The notes below the pieces were generated by a model that worked only from the letters and a program-made list of their open reading frames with translations, made no database searches and had not been told where the DNA came from. From NCBI RefSeq assembly GCF_035084215.1, contig NC_090340.1:42470001-42534000 (forward strand): a stretch of 64,000 nucleotides of DNA, written 5' to 3'. Positions within the stretch are counted from its first letter, which is position 1; each line of letters opens with the position of its first letter. Of this stretch, positions 1-37,800 are shown one piece after another. The DNA comes from Heptranchias perlo. Taxonomy: Eukaryota. The position numbers were made by a program, and so were the translations under genes.

Positions 1-449
1 CATGAGAGTTTGCCATTTAATGGCTCTCCAACTATAATGGCACTTTAAAATATGAATTAAGTAGGGTTTAAAGTATTTTTTTTAATGCAATTCTTGATAA
101 TCTCACTCAAAGCAAAATTGTCTGCTCAGTCAATGTTGCTTCTTTTTAAAAAGTTACTTAAATTTACTTAAGAGTTTGTAGCCAATAAGATACCTGATGA
201 TCTCTGAACACGATTAGGATTTGGCTTAAAATTGCTGCAGACAGCGTTTACAAGAATACAGTACTCAAGTCTGAGAACCTAACAAGCAAAGGACTGCAGT
301 TACACTATCAACTTTTATATCCAAATAATTCTATGCATCACCTCTTCTCATTCCTGGCTGAGTTGGGTAAACTGCCTTTTGTTTTGCAATGCATTATGGC
401 AGGGGGACTATAGGAACATTGGAGGGAGGTATTCCAAACCAGATTATGG

Positions 450-24381
<23,932 letters not shown>

Positions 24382-25869
24382 ATTAACTGTGGCTGTTTAT
24401 TTATTTAATGGCAACAACCAAACGGGCCCGACTCAGTTTATAAAAGAAACCGAATTTAAACCATAAACTAAGCTCCGGCCAGCGCAGAAAGCTCCTCCGA
24501 CTGTCAGCTGACTCCGTGCATCCAAACTTAACAGCGCGCTGGCCCCGCCCTCCCGCCGGGCACTCGCCCAGACTTCGATTGACGTTCCAGCCAACCAATC
24601 ACTCGTCGGAACGAATTCCCGCCTCTTTGAGTTGATATACAACGGCTTTTGGCTTGTGATTGGTCATTGCCGGCGGCCATAATATCATGCAAACAAATTC
24701 TACCCGGTGACACTTTCGGATTGGTTGGAAGGGCCCCGGGGGCGGCGCCGACAGGAGCTTGTCAAGACGTGTGATTGGTTGGTGGCGCTTTGCTATCAAG
24801 TTAGGTTGAATGATTTCTGGGAATCCACAAGTAAACAAGTGGGTGTCGCAAGGAGGGCGGAGCTTGGGAACAAACTGCGGCAGAGCAATGAGGTGAGGAG
24901 GTAATTGATACTGCGGTCAGTGCCCGCGGGTCACGGGTGACAGACAGAAGACGACATTAGGACTGATGGTTGGAGATCTCTTAACAACTTTTTCCCCCAA
25001 ATCATTCACAAAGAATTATTCAATTCAACTTTACAGTTGCAGCTTTAATAACCGGTAAAATAACTCGGGTTAATTCAGGTTTCGGACACTAGAAAGTTGT
25101 GGTAATATCTCACTCTCACCGCATAAGCATTCGCCGTTTTAATTCGCCTCTTAACAGGCACCGCACTTTGAAAAAAAACTATTGGACGTGATTAAAGCGC
25201 AATATAAATGCAGATGTTAACTCCCATTTTGCTATTACTTAACAGCACCTCTTCCGTAACTTGGTTCCCAAACCTTCCTTTAATTCCAGTTTTAAAGTTT
25301 AAATGCCCACAGATCCCTACGACTCATAATCTTGTTATATCGTGAATTATAGGCTATACACAAGTTACGTGCAAGTTTAGAACATATGTTATTAGTGTGT
25401 AATACTCTGTTATAATTACAACAGTATCTACATTGCAAAAAAAAGTTCAAAATTGTCTATAAGCGCGTTTTGGGCGTCCTAAGGCTGTGAAAGGTGCTAT
25501 ATAAAAGCAAGTGCTTTCTATAATAGAACTCTATATCCAATCTGGTACAACTGTCACCAGTCACAAAATGTTCTCAATTTGAAGCTCGGTTGTGCATATT
25601 TACCCACGAAATGGGTAACTAATCTCTGCACAGATACAAGAACTTTATTTCAAAGCAACACTACAGCGTGGTGGGAAAAAATCTGAACTCATTGCCCATA
25701 ACCAGCCTTGTACCACTGCTAGTTATGTATTGTACAGTACTGTGTACACACTACATGCTCACCTTTATAATCTCTATTGCAGACCATCCTAATTTTTCAC
25801 TATATTGGAATCTGTTTTATATTACATTGTAAATCTATCCTATTTGACATCATGAAAAGGAGGTTTCTT

Positions 25870-27428
25870 GAATCACAAAGATAATAAAAGATCTACTGGT
25901 CCATCCAGCCTGTCCCATATAGTTGTGATGCCTTAAGCATCACAGTACATACATTCCCCACCCAGAGCCATGTAATCGCTTGGGAGAGGTGGAAAAACCG
26001 ATAAAAACCCAGGCAAATTAGGGAGAGAAAAAAAAATCTGGAAAATTCCTCTCCAACCCCATTAGGCGATTAAAACCAGTCCAGGAGACCACCCAGCCCC
26101 GTAATGTTACAAAGTTTCTACCTCTTGTACAAAGTGATCTTCACCCCAGCCAGAAATAGGTCCACTTGTTTGAAAGAATTCAGGGAATCAGCATTCAACA
26201 TACAAGCTGGCAACCTGCACCACAGGTCCACCATTCTCTGGGAAAAGAACCTCCGAACATCTAATTTGGTTCTGCCCTTACATAACTTGTAAGAGTGATC
26301 CCTGGTCCTCCCTAATTTATTCAGTTGAAACAATGTCTACACAAACAATCTAGTTGCTTCATTATTTTATAAACCTAGATCAAATCACCCCTAAGTCTGC
26401 ACTTCTCTCAAGTACAGAAACCCAGCTCTTTGGGCCCATCTGGGTAACTAAGGCACTTTAAACTGGGAATTAATCTTGTGGCCCTCCTCAGCACCTTTCC
26501 CAAAGCCTCAATATTACCCACCATGTGAGGAGACCAAAACTGGATGCAGCAATCTAACTGAGGCCCAAGGTCTTGTACAAGGACAAAAAGATATGCTTTG
26601 TTTTATATTGAATTGTTCTGTAAATACACCCTATTCACTTTAGCTTCATGGCATTGATCATGAACCATTAGCAATTGATGCACTAAAACATCCAGGTCTC
26701 TTTCTTTCACCACTGGCTTTAATTCTTTTCCCTGAAGGGTGTATTTATATTCAGCATTTGACCTGTTCACATGCATAACACTTGCACTTTTCTAAGTTAA
26801 CCTTCATTTGCCAATCACAGGTCCCAATCCCTCAGCACACCTGGGTCTGTTTGTAGTAGTTGAGCATCCTCTACAGTCCTTACCCTTACACATATCTTGG
26901 TATCATCCACAAATTTGCAGATCAGTCCCCCAACACCTACATACAGATCATTAATGAAAATAGTAAATAACAAAAGTCTTCGAACCAGTCCCTGCAGGAC
27001 ACCATTGGTGACCGTTCTCCAAGCAGATCCAAATCCATTAACAACCACTTTCTGCCTATGGGCATTCAGCCAATCTTCAATCCAGTGCAGTAGATTACCA
27101 CTAATTCCAGAAGATTCTATTTTGTAGAGAAGTCTCTTAAGCGGTACCTTATCAAAAGCTTTCCAAAAGTCCACACAGACAATGTCTCCCAGGTTTCCCT
27201 CATTCACCACCCTGGAGAATTCTTCAAACAATATAATCAAATTGACAAGTCACAATCTCCTTTTCCAGAAGTCAAGTTGGGTGTCACTGTTATGGCCTTC
27301 TCTGTCTAAGTAGTCACATAATATATCCCTAATAACTATGAGCATTCTGCCCATTACTGGCATTATGATAATAGGCCTATAGTTACCTGGATCTGCTGTA
27401 ACTCCCCTTTTTAAAGATTGGAACTACA
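25870..27428 (-). mobile_element. CR1 LINE RT fragment
   Basis: DFWKAFDKVP, GVLQG, KFVDDTK; RRFFSQRMVDLW. Confidence 0.85.
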
Positions 27429-27447
27429 TTAGCTTCCTTCCAGTCTA

Positions 27448-28270
27448 AGGGAACATGGGTTCAGGAGTAGGCCATTCAGCCCCTCAAGCCTGTTCCACCA
27501 TTCAATGAGATCATGGCTGATCTGTATCCTAACTCCATATCCCTTAATACCTTTGGCTAGCAAAAATCTATCGCTCTCAGATTTAAAATTATTAATTGAG
27601 CTAGCATCTACTGCTTTTGTGGGAGAGAGTTCCACACTTCTACCACCCTTTTGCGTGAAGAAGTGTTTCCAAACTTCTCTCCTGAATGGCCTGGCTTTGA
27701 TTTTAAGGTTATATCCCCTTGTCCTAGATGCCCCCACCAGTGGAAAACATTTCTCTCTATCAATTCCTTTCAAAATCCTAAAAACTTCAATCAAATCAAC
27801 TTTTAACCTTCTATATTCCAGAGATCCAGCCTAGTTTATGTAATCTCTCCTCATAATTTAACCCTTGGAGCTCTAGTAACATTCTGCTGAATCTGCGCTG
27901 CTTCCAAGGCCAATATATTCTTTTTACGGTGCGTTGCCCAGAACTGTACGCAGTACTCCAGATGTTGCCTAACCAGGGCTTTGTATAACTGTAGCAAAAC
28001 TTCCTCTCCTTTATATTCTAGCCCTCTAGTTATAACGGCTAACATTCAATTAGCCTTATTGATTATTTTTTGTACCTGACTACTACATTTTAGTGATGTG
28101 TACATGGACCCTTAAATCTCTTTGCACCTCCACTGTTCCTAGCTTTTCACCATTTAAAAAACTCACTCAGCTATCCTTTTTTGGTCCAAAATGGATGACC
28201 TCACACTTACTTGCATTGAAATCCATCTGCCACAATTTTGCCCACTCATTTAATCTATCAACATCTCCTT
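27448..28270 (-). mobile_element. CR1 LINE 3' fragment (second subfamily)
   Basis: [17 protein letters not shown]; LIEVFRILKG; KHFFTQ. Confidence 0.85.
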
Positions 28271-29329
28271 TTTAAGTCCCAGACTGCAGCAAGCTATTAA
28301 AGATACAAGCAAGGGGTTTGCATAGCACTTGTCCCATCTCAAGGACCCTTGGGTGGATATCATCCAGGCTGGCAGCTCTTCTATTTTAAGGTTCCTTATT
28401 CTTTCTAAAACTATATGTTCATCTCTTAATATTAACCATTTTATTACTGATGGCACCATTTAATTAACAATTTTTAAAAATGGGTGCTTCCCAATTGAAC
28501 ATCACTTTTTATGCTTTGGGAATTGGAACAAATTTAAATATTCCAGTACACAGTATGCATAGAAAAAGATATTCAGCAATAACTCATCATTTAGAACTTT
28601 AATTTACCAGCATTCAATCACATTAGGATCAATGCAAACAAAAGTTATGAAATAGACTACATTTCATATTGCCAATACAACTAATTTGTTGAATGAGTTT
28701 AACTTGAAAATGAAAGCCAAAACAAAAATCTGAACTCATTCTTACATAAGTTCTTGATTCAAATAGCAAATTAAATTACAAATTTCATTTTTGCAAAATT
28801 AAGTCTAGTCATATTCAAAAAAAGTTGTGAAAGAGCTATTTACATAAAAAGTTAAATCTGATGTTAATTAGAAACAAATTCATAAGGATGAAGAATTACT
28901 TATTTCAATAATCACTTGATAATGCATTTAATTACTATCACTGGTTTGGATTCCTTTGGTGAGAAGTCAGATTAGGCTATCTTGGTTGACAGCTCTTTTT
29001 CCTGCTAGGAATTGCAGATGAATATAATCAAGGACTCACAGTGGCTATATAAAGGCTGCCCCTTCCCACTGACATGTATATAATTAAGAATACAGTGTTA
29101 TTTAGGTTTAACACAGAACTAGGGATTCATAGAATATTATAGTACATACTTCATAATAATCAGTAGGATAAATTTGTGAAAACAACCCAGGAGGCCCAAA
29201 GAGTAAAATACTGTGTTAACTTCAGGAAGAAGTCAAATAAAAATTACTAATTTTCTAGTTCGCATTTTATGAACAAATGACCTGAAATTGGACAAATAGT
29301 TTGAATGCAAAAGATGCAAGGAAAATTAT

Positions 29330-30470
29330 CCAGTCTCTCCACACCTCCATCCCCCACCAGGACGGCCTGTGGGCCTTCTGCTTCTTCCTTGAATGGAGAC
29401 CCAACCAGTCCCCATCCATCACCATCCTCCTCCTCTGCCTGGCTGAACTTGTTCTTACATTGAACAACTTCTCCTTTGACTCCACTCACTTCCTCCAAAT
29501 AAAAGGTGTTGCTATGGGAATCCGTATGGGTCCTAGCTATGCCTGCCTTTTTGTGGAATACATGGAATATTCGTCGTTTCAGCCCTACTCAGGTCCCCTC
29601 CCTCACCTCTTTTTCTGGTACATTGATGACTGTATTGGTGCCATTTCCTGCTCTCGTCCCGAACTAGAAAATTTCATCAACTTTGCTTCCAATTTCCACC
29701 CTTCCCTCGCCTTCACAATAGTCCATCTCCAATCTTTCCTTCCCTGACTTCTCTATCTCCATTTCTGGGAATAGGCTGTCAACTAGTATGTACTACAAGC
29801 CCACCGACACTCACATCAACCTTGATTACACTTCCTCCCACCCCGCTTCCTGTAAAGACTCTATTCCCTTCTCCCAGATTCTCCATCGTATCCGTTGACG
29901 ACGCCACCGACCACGCCAGTGCTTCCAATGTGTCTTCCTTTTTCCTCAACCGCAGATTCCTCCCCACTGTAGTTGACAGGACCCTTGAAAGTGTCTGTCC
30001 TATTTCCCACATTTCTGCCCTCACCCCTTCCCCGCCCTCAGAACCACGACAGGGGCCCTTGTCCTCACCTTCCGCCGCACCAGCCTCAACATATCATCCT
30101 ACGCCACTTCCAACACGATGCTACCACCAAACACATCTTCCCCTCTCCTTTCGGCATTCGGAGGGAGCGCTCCCTCCGCGACACCCTGATCCACTCCATC
30201 ACCCGCTCGCCTCCCCACGGCACCTTCCTGTGCAAGCACATAAGTTGCACCCTCCTTGCCTTGCACCATCACCCCTTTTGTCATTTAATCACTCCTGCCC
30301 TCCACCTGATCACCGACCTTCCCTTTTATTCTCCCTCCCCCTCTGTACTTGCTTAAAAACTGTTTAATCTTCAACTTCTTCAGGTTCTGACGGGTCATTG
30401 ACCTGAAATGTTAACTCTGTTTCTTTCTCCACAGATGCTGCCTGAGTATTTCCAGCGTTTTCTGTTTTTA
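29330..30470 (+). mobile_element. Degraded Penelope-like element, second family (RT plus 3' terminal repeat)
   Basis: QSLHTSIPHQDGL, LNNFSF..FLQIKGVAMGIRMGPSYACLF, WYIDDCIG and YYKPTD are PLE RT motifs; terminus with a decayed hammerhead at 30383-30416. Confidence 0.85.
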
Positions 30471-31718
30471 AATAATCATTGTACGGGAACTGAGCTGACT
30501 TGGTGGGTAAATGCATCGTAAGGCATAGTCCTGAATCATACAAACTAACAAAGTTCAGTCCCGGTCTGTGCTAAGGCAGAGCAGGAGCTGGGGGTCTTAC
30601 AATTGGCCTTACTGTCTCCAAATAATTCCAGCTCCTGTTTGCAATCTAGGAACCTCTGATGCAACTGTGCATGTGGACACAAGGACAGGATCTCAATCAG
30701 CTCTGACAGGCATGAACCATGACCTTTAATGGGGGAGATGGGGAAGGAGGAGTAAGAGGAGAAAATGAAAAAAAACTTATAATTCTGAATGAACTCAAAA
30801 GGTCAACCCAGTAAATGTGTATCAGTAAAATTGAGCAGCAGTAAATTTTTACTGTTGCTTTACTGTGTTCAGAATGATCTCAAACTTGGTTCTCACATTT
30901 TTCCGAGCCTTGTATCAATAGATTTAGCCTTTCAGATTCATTCCTTTATCACTCTCGTCACAAACTTGCTGTCAGAACAACACAAGAATTAACTGCAGAC
31001 TGCTCTACATACTATCAGTAACAAGTACGGATCCATTCTGCAGATTTAGGCAAAGTTTCCTCCCCACGCCTTCCAGTTGGAGATGCATCACCAACTTTGA
31101 ACAAAGGAAAGAGTCTTCAAACATATACCTAGCAGATCAGTCAAACAGCCTTTCTGCAAAACTATGAAATTAAGAATGCAAAGCAAGCACATTGCTGTCA
31201 TGCAACTGAGCTGCTCGCTTATAGTAGTGCAATTTTCTCACCATTATAGAGCTCATGTAAATTCTAGACCATGTTTGTTTAATTTTACTTAATTATATGC
31301 TTAAATTAAGACTGCAATAAATACAAAATAGCAGCTGCTCCAGAAATTTAAAGTTTTAAGACATTCCACCGATTCCCCTTTATGTTGGGAGCACCTTCAA
31401 AAACATGTTATCTGACTAGTGTTTATAAACCAAGAATCAACTTTTGCCGTATGGCAAGTTGCAACTTATATTAATTTTTCTTTTTCAATTACTTCTAACC
31501 GTTAGAAAATTACTGTTGCTAAAGTGCTTTCCTTCACTTGTATTGTGTTAGCATATCTAAGCAGTCAATAATAATCCATGGAACTAAATACAATATGATT
31601 GCATCTTCTTTTAATAAGTGTTTCTATATCACTGTGGTGCAGTTTTGTTAGCAGTCATAGAATGCACCATTGGTACAGTTGCAAGTTAAAGTTCACTGAA
31701 GATTTAGTGCATGACATT

Positions 31719-31886
31719 TCAGTCCCATTCTCCATCGCCATCTTCATCTTGATACTCTTCCTGTGGTGGCTCTTGGAAGCGGATATTTGCCAACATATCC
31801 CTCATTGCAGCCATGAGTCGGTTTACTCCTTGATTCAATTCATGTTGGACCTCTGCACCCTCACCTTCCACATGTCTCCTGTCCTC
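31719..31886 (-). CDS. TCF25: TCF25 exon 18 (last coding exon)
   Basis: EDRRHVEG...[21 protein letters not shown]...GDGEWD; TGA at 31719-31721. Confidence 0.95.
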   Translation of the reverse strand, partial: EDRRHVEGEGAEVQHELNQGVNRLMAAMRDMLANIRFQEPPQEEYQDEDGDGEWD

Positions 31887-34800
31887 CTGAAAAATATATT
31901 GTCAGGAATATTTGTTTTTGATTTTTCGGGGGGGTGGGGGGGGAAAAGAGGGAGGGAAAGAAAGAAGCAAATTACTAAGTCATCTAGTTGGGAAATTCGG
32001 TGGTATAATGCAACTTCAATCCAGCCCAAAATAAATGGTTGCAATCATTCTTTTGTAAACCTGATGGTGCATTGGGCCACACCTAAAAACAGTCTGGCAT
32101 TGGATCATTCTTCATTTCAATGCTGGTATTAGTAAAGCTTTACAAAAAATAAAAAGTTCAAAACCTAAAAGCAGTTACCATTTATTTTCTTGTTGCCAAC
32201 AACCCTATATGATCCAAGAATACTTGTGGACACCAACAAATAAAATATTTGTTTAACAGTTTTTCCTTTTTCAAACAGAATAGTTTCACACCTACATTAA
32301 AAAGGAGAGTACTTTGAAGTTTGGGACTGTAGCCCCAAAGAATTTGATGCCTCAGCTCCAGGTTTAAAGCTGTGTGTATAAAGATTGTAGTAACAATGGA
32401 AAAACATCCATACAAAACAAAATGTGAACACCATAGAACTTTCTACAGTCTAGTCAACACAAATCACAAATTGTGACCATCAAGATGTAGAATGAAACAT
32501 GTTTTCTCTCTTATAGAAGCAACAAGAACTCCTAGGTCAGATAACCGTTCAGAACTTGCTGCACGTGCACTGCTCCAACAGAATCCATTTGTGCAGTACA
32601 AAATAACTATTTTGTTTCATATATTTTACCATAATGTTCTGGATTTATGTAAGGAATCTTACAACACCAGGTTATAGTCCAACAAATTTATTTTAAAATC
32701 ACAAGCTTTCGGAGATTATCCCCTTCGTCAGGTGAATGGGGATAATCTCCGAAAGCTTGTGATTTTAAAATAAATTTGTTGGACTATAACCTGGTGTTGT
32801 AAGATTCCTTACATTTGTCCACCCCAGTCCATCACCGGCATCTCCACGTTCTGGATTTAAACACAGTAAAATTGATATTTTTAAAAAAAACAAAATCAAT
32901 CATTCACAAACTCCCTCTTTAGCACATACCTGAAGATTAAAATTTGGCAACAAAGATCGAAAGAACAGTGACAAGGTGCTTCCATCTGCTGCTCGATTTA
33001 CCCTGAAAGGAAAATCACTCTAGCTCAGTAAACTCAGAACTCTGAGTCACAGATGAGAAAGCAGGGAAGGTAAGCACAGTAAAAATTTAATAAAAGCAAG
33101 TGCAAATAAATATATAATAACTGAAAATATACATTTGAATAAAATATCTTTATACTCCAATTACAATCAAAATTGTAACTTTACAATCTCAAAATCAATA
33201 GGCTTTCCTTCTGTGTTTATAGAAACTTAAAAATACAAAGGCATTTTCATTCAAATACTATTTCTCATCAGGGATCCAGGTATGTAGGAAATCATCCTTC
33301 TGTAAAAACTACATTGCAGCATGTAATTCCCTCTTGAATGATTTCCAGGGATTTTTTTTTTTGCTTCCACTACCCTATCTGAGTATTCAGGTACTAATCA
33401 CTGTGTGTGAAGAAGTGCTTCCCGACTGTAGTCCTGGACTTGCCCTTTACCAGTTTGTACTCGAGTCCCATTGTCCTGCTTGAAAGTATGTTCTGGATTA
33501 ATCCTTTTCTATTTCACTTAGTATTGTGTATATTGCTATAGGTCCCCCTCATTCACATTCTTTCAAGGCTAAAGAGTCTGGGCTTTGCTAACCTTTCCTC
33601 AATGCAGCCCTCTGATACTAATAATATTTCCAGCAACTAGATATTTCCTTTGTGCTTGGTGACCAGAATTGAATGCAATATCTAAGGTGCAGTCTGACCA
33701 AAGCATGATGAAGCTTTAGCAGGACACCTCATACTTCTACTCTACTGGTCTGGCAATATAGCTCAGCATTCTGTTTGCTGCTCTGCAGTGAGTGGACATG
33801 ATAAGTATTGAGTTTATTACTGCTCCCAAATCTCTTTCAGCCTCTCCCCAGTTGGTTCAACACTGCTGAGTAATTGTCTATTTTTTCTTCCACTGTGTAA
33901 CATCTTGTATTTATCTGTACTGAATTTCACCTGTAACAATTCTGTCCACTTGCAAATTCTGTCAAGGTCCTTCTGTAGTTCCTTAGCTACATCATCAGAT
34001 TCAATTGCTCCCTCCCTCTCCCCCAACCACCAACTTAGCTGAGAATCTGATCAATTTGAATTGTCTTTCTGAAACTAGGTCATTTATGTAGATTAGAAAT
34101 AGCAGGGGGCCCAGCACCAATCCCTGGAGTACTCCACTTAATATATCTCCCTAGCCTGACATGACTCCCCTAACCAGTACCCATTGTTCTCTCTGTCATA
34201 GAATGATACAGCACAGAAGGCCATTCAGCCCAGTGTGTCTGCACTGGCTCTTTGACAGAGTTATCCATTTAGTCCAACCCCCCTGCTCTTTGCCCATAGC
34301 CCTGCAAAATTTTCTCCTTCAAGTATTTATCCAATTCCCTTTTGAAAGTTACTACAGAATCTGCTTCCTCCAACCTTTCAGGCAGGGCATTCCAGATCAT
34401 AATAGTTCATTCTTTATCCACCTCCAAAATTTAAGATTGTGTGACAGCTTTTCCATGTGACACTTATTTGAAGGTTTTCACAAAGCTTAGGTATACTACA
34501 CCAGAGGGCTTTCCAGCATCACCTTGGGATTCCATTTCCTCAAAAAAGTCTGAGATTGGATCTCCCCCTTTAAAACCATACTTGGCTGTCATTTACTAAA
34601 TTTTTCTCAAACAGGAAGCCTTCAAGTTTGCTCCAATATTTTGCTGATTATTGATGGAAGGCAATAGTCTTAAGATAGCAGTCTCTTTGGTCACTTTTTA
34701 AAAAAATTTACGACAATCACTTGTTTCCAATTGAGTGGGACCACAGTTTTTATTCATTGACTCCATCAAAATGATTATTTGCACTTATTAGATTTTGTTT

Positions 34801-37800
34801 CTGGTCTCCCTCTGCACTTTTGGGTATAGGCCACCCATCACTGGGGATTTACTGGCTTTTAGCTCATCTAAAGGGGCCCTACTGAAATATCACATTTATG
34901 ACTTTGCTTCTGTGTTGTCCTGCTCATCGGATAAAAATGTTCTGCTTGTACCACTGTTCATTTTGTTACATCAAGTTTTCCCTTATTACAGGTGTCTGTG
35001 CTAAACCACGCACCCGCGCCCCCCCCCCCAGTGAAGGTGTAGAACCAGCTCCCCTGCCCCACATTTTTCATACAACATTACTATTTAGCTTGTGTACTCT
35101 ATGCCCAAATAACATCATGCTGTGATAATTTTCTGTATTTCTGGTATTAATATGCTCACACTCAAAAAATTATTTGTTGTGGAAAGATGTGAAAACAGGT
35201 ACAGTAAACACAAAGCAATGTTACTAATTTTAACATTCATTCTACCGAGAGACTGCAAGTTAATTTGGTTTAGCTCTAATTAAAGTTATTTTCCTGATGA
35301 TCCATACCTTTCAGGTCTAGTATACGTGATTATGCCATCCAGTGGAGGAAGTGGATCATAACCCATCACTGGCTGAGCAGTTACTTCCTGAAAAAGAATA
35401 AGTATCAAATTTCAGTATGTATATTTATCAACTGTATCGCAGTGCTTGTTCTTAGAACAAAAGTACCCTTCAATATATTAGTTGTCTGACTTAGGGAAGG
35501 GCAGTGTCTCCCACATCCCGAGAACAACATAAATGGAAAGTTAATGTTGTTGAAACAATCTCAATCACAACAACCTAGTATCTAGTCACCAGTTTGGTTT
35601 CTGGACAAATTGGTCAGCTTAGCCAGTCAATCATTACTCTACAAAATCTTTAACAATCTGGCAATTTGCCATTTGGCATGCTGCAAAGAAACCTCTCTTT
35701 CTCATACACTTACTACAGTCAAAAGCCTGGAAGATAATTGTAGTGGATGAGGTTTTAATATTCCATGGCTGAGTTCTTCCTCTATATGCATCACATAGAG
35801 TCAGTCAGGCATTTGGTTTTCTACACAATTATGAACAGAATAATTCCACAAGACAATTACAATGCTTAAGCTATATTTTCTGGTTAGAGTTAAGAAACAT
35901 GAGATTCTGCAACACCACCTCAATATATTCTGTACGAATCCAAAACTTCTATGAAGAACAGCAGAGTCTCCTTGCTCTAACTCATTGCATCCCGACACCT
36001 CAAAACTATGAAACTCTACCTCATTCAGTTTTGCCTGTCTCCTACAATCTACAGGTTTTTAATTACCCTACCAACCACTTTTAAAACCCAACCTTGGTAT
36101 CACTTATTCACTACTTATGATTTGCCTATTATTTTCTCCTATTTTTTCAATTCTGGTAGTGGTCTGCAATATGAGCCTTGTCCTTTCACCTATGTTCTTG
36201 AATTTGAAAAATATACTATAATGTTATCTTTAATTTAGTATGACTCAAACAAAGCAAAGGGAGGTCTAGGTACCCTATTAGTGGGTTGAAGAGTTAAGAA
36301 CACAATTTAATAATATCAAAATCTAACATTTTCAGCAGTAAATACAGAATTTGTCTAGTATCACTCACAGGTGGAAGGGTTGCAATAGCTTCCTTTATCT
36401 CAGACAGAATAATGTGACGATAGATGTTCCTGGGAACATTCTGGTATCTAATCCTTCTCCTGGAATGGGAAAAAAATGACACATGCACAATCTCAAACAT
36501 TAAGAATACTCAACCTTCATAATCTAGATTATAACATTATTAGACTATGATTCTGTAAAAGGTTATGGGAAAGGGTAAGGGCAGGAGAGTGGGATTAAGT
36601 GGATAGTTTTTTGAAGAGCTGGCATAGACACAATGGACAGAACGGCCTCTCTCTATACTGTAAAATTCTAAGACGCAGCCATCTTATGTCCTGTGGTTAT
36701 GAATCTACCTGAATTTCACAGAACAGGAGAGGGAAGGAAAACAACTAATATACATCAATATATTTAAAATCTAATCTCAGCAGCAGTGCTTTTTATTTAA
36801 AAAATTAAAAATGCCTAATACTGGTTTTTAATTGTTAAAAGCAAGATTAAAGAAACTCATTGGGATAAGAACCTGTAATGTCCTCATGTTTTAAATGTGC
36901 AAAATTCTGGCCTGAATATTAAAAAAAATCAGCTCACCGTGAAAAGACAGGACTCCTAATTAGGACAAATGTTTCTGGAAGTAGGATTAGGAAACATGGC
37001 ATTCTGTTGTTGAGCCTCAACTACCACCACCACCACCACCACCTCCTGCTGCTCATTGCATTGCTAATATGTAGCATGTTAATCTTACTTTCTAAAGCTG
37101 AACAGGGGCCTATGTTTTTCAAAACATTTCAGCGGATAAGATTATTTTAGTCAGTTTAATTACATTTATCTGGATTTTTATCAGATATAATATTAATTTA
37201 TAGCAACTCCAGTTCAAAGACAAAGAATGGTCTCTAACACACACACATTCTATATATAATGTGTCTATTGTACATTTTGTCCATCACACGCTGGACATTA
37301 TACTTTGCTACATAAGCAGAATAATCTTTAAAAAAAGGTCAGTCATTTAATGCTGGGTGCTTATAACATGGAGACTAAACACACAAAAATTAGAAAAAGA
37401 AATAGCAGTGGAAATGGTGAAGGCATTTCTCTGGGCATGTACATTTTCTCATGCCTTGGCAAAGAAAAAGGATAGGTTTGGCAGACAACTAGATAGAAGA
37501 TAGATTAAATGTGATTGAACATCTACACATACAGTTGGGACAGGATGAGGCGAATGCCCCAGAGGAAACTGATAATCAGAGTGAGCACCAACTGATGCAC
37601 TGTAGACATTAACAGAATTAGATTTGGAGCGGAATGGTAGAGAATAGCTATTCGCCTGTCCTGCCAGGGCTGGTCAATGCAATTGTTTTTTTTGTATTTC
37701 TTTATCTCTCCCTAACCATATTGCTTTTGTTAAACAAATATATTACAATTGATTCTTTTTAGAATTACAATATAGTGTCAAATTTTAGAAAATGCAGTTT

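Noticed and set aside
31599-32132. 177-aa plus-strand ORF
   Set aside because: Antisense shadow of TCF25 exon 18 with no recognisable domain.
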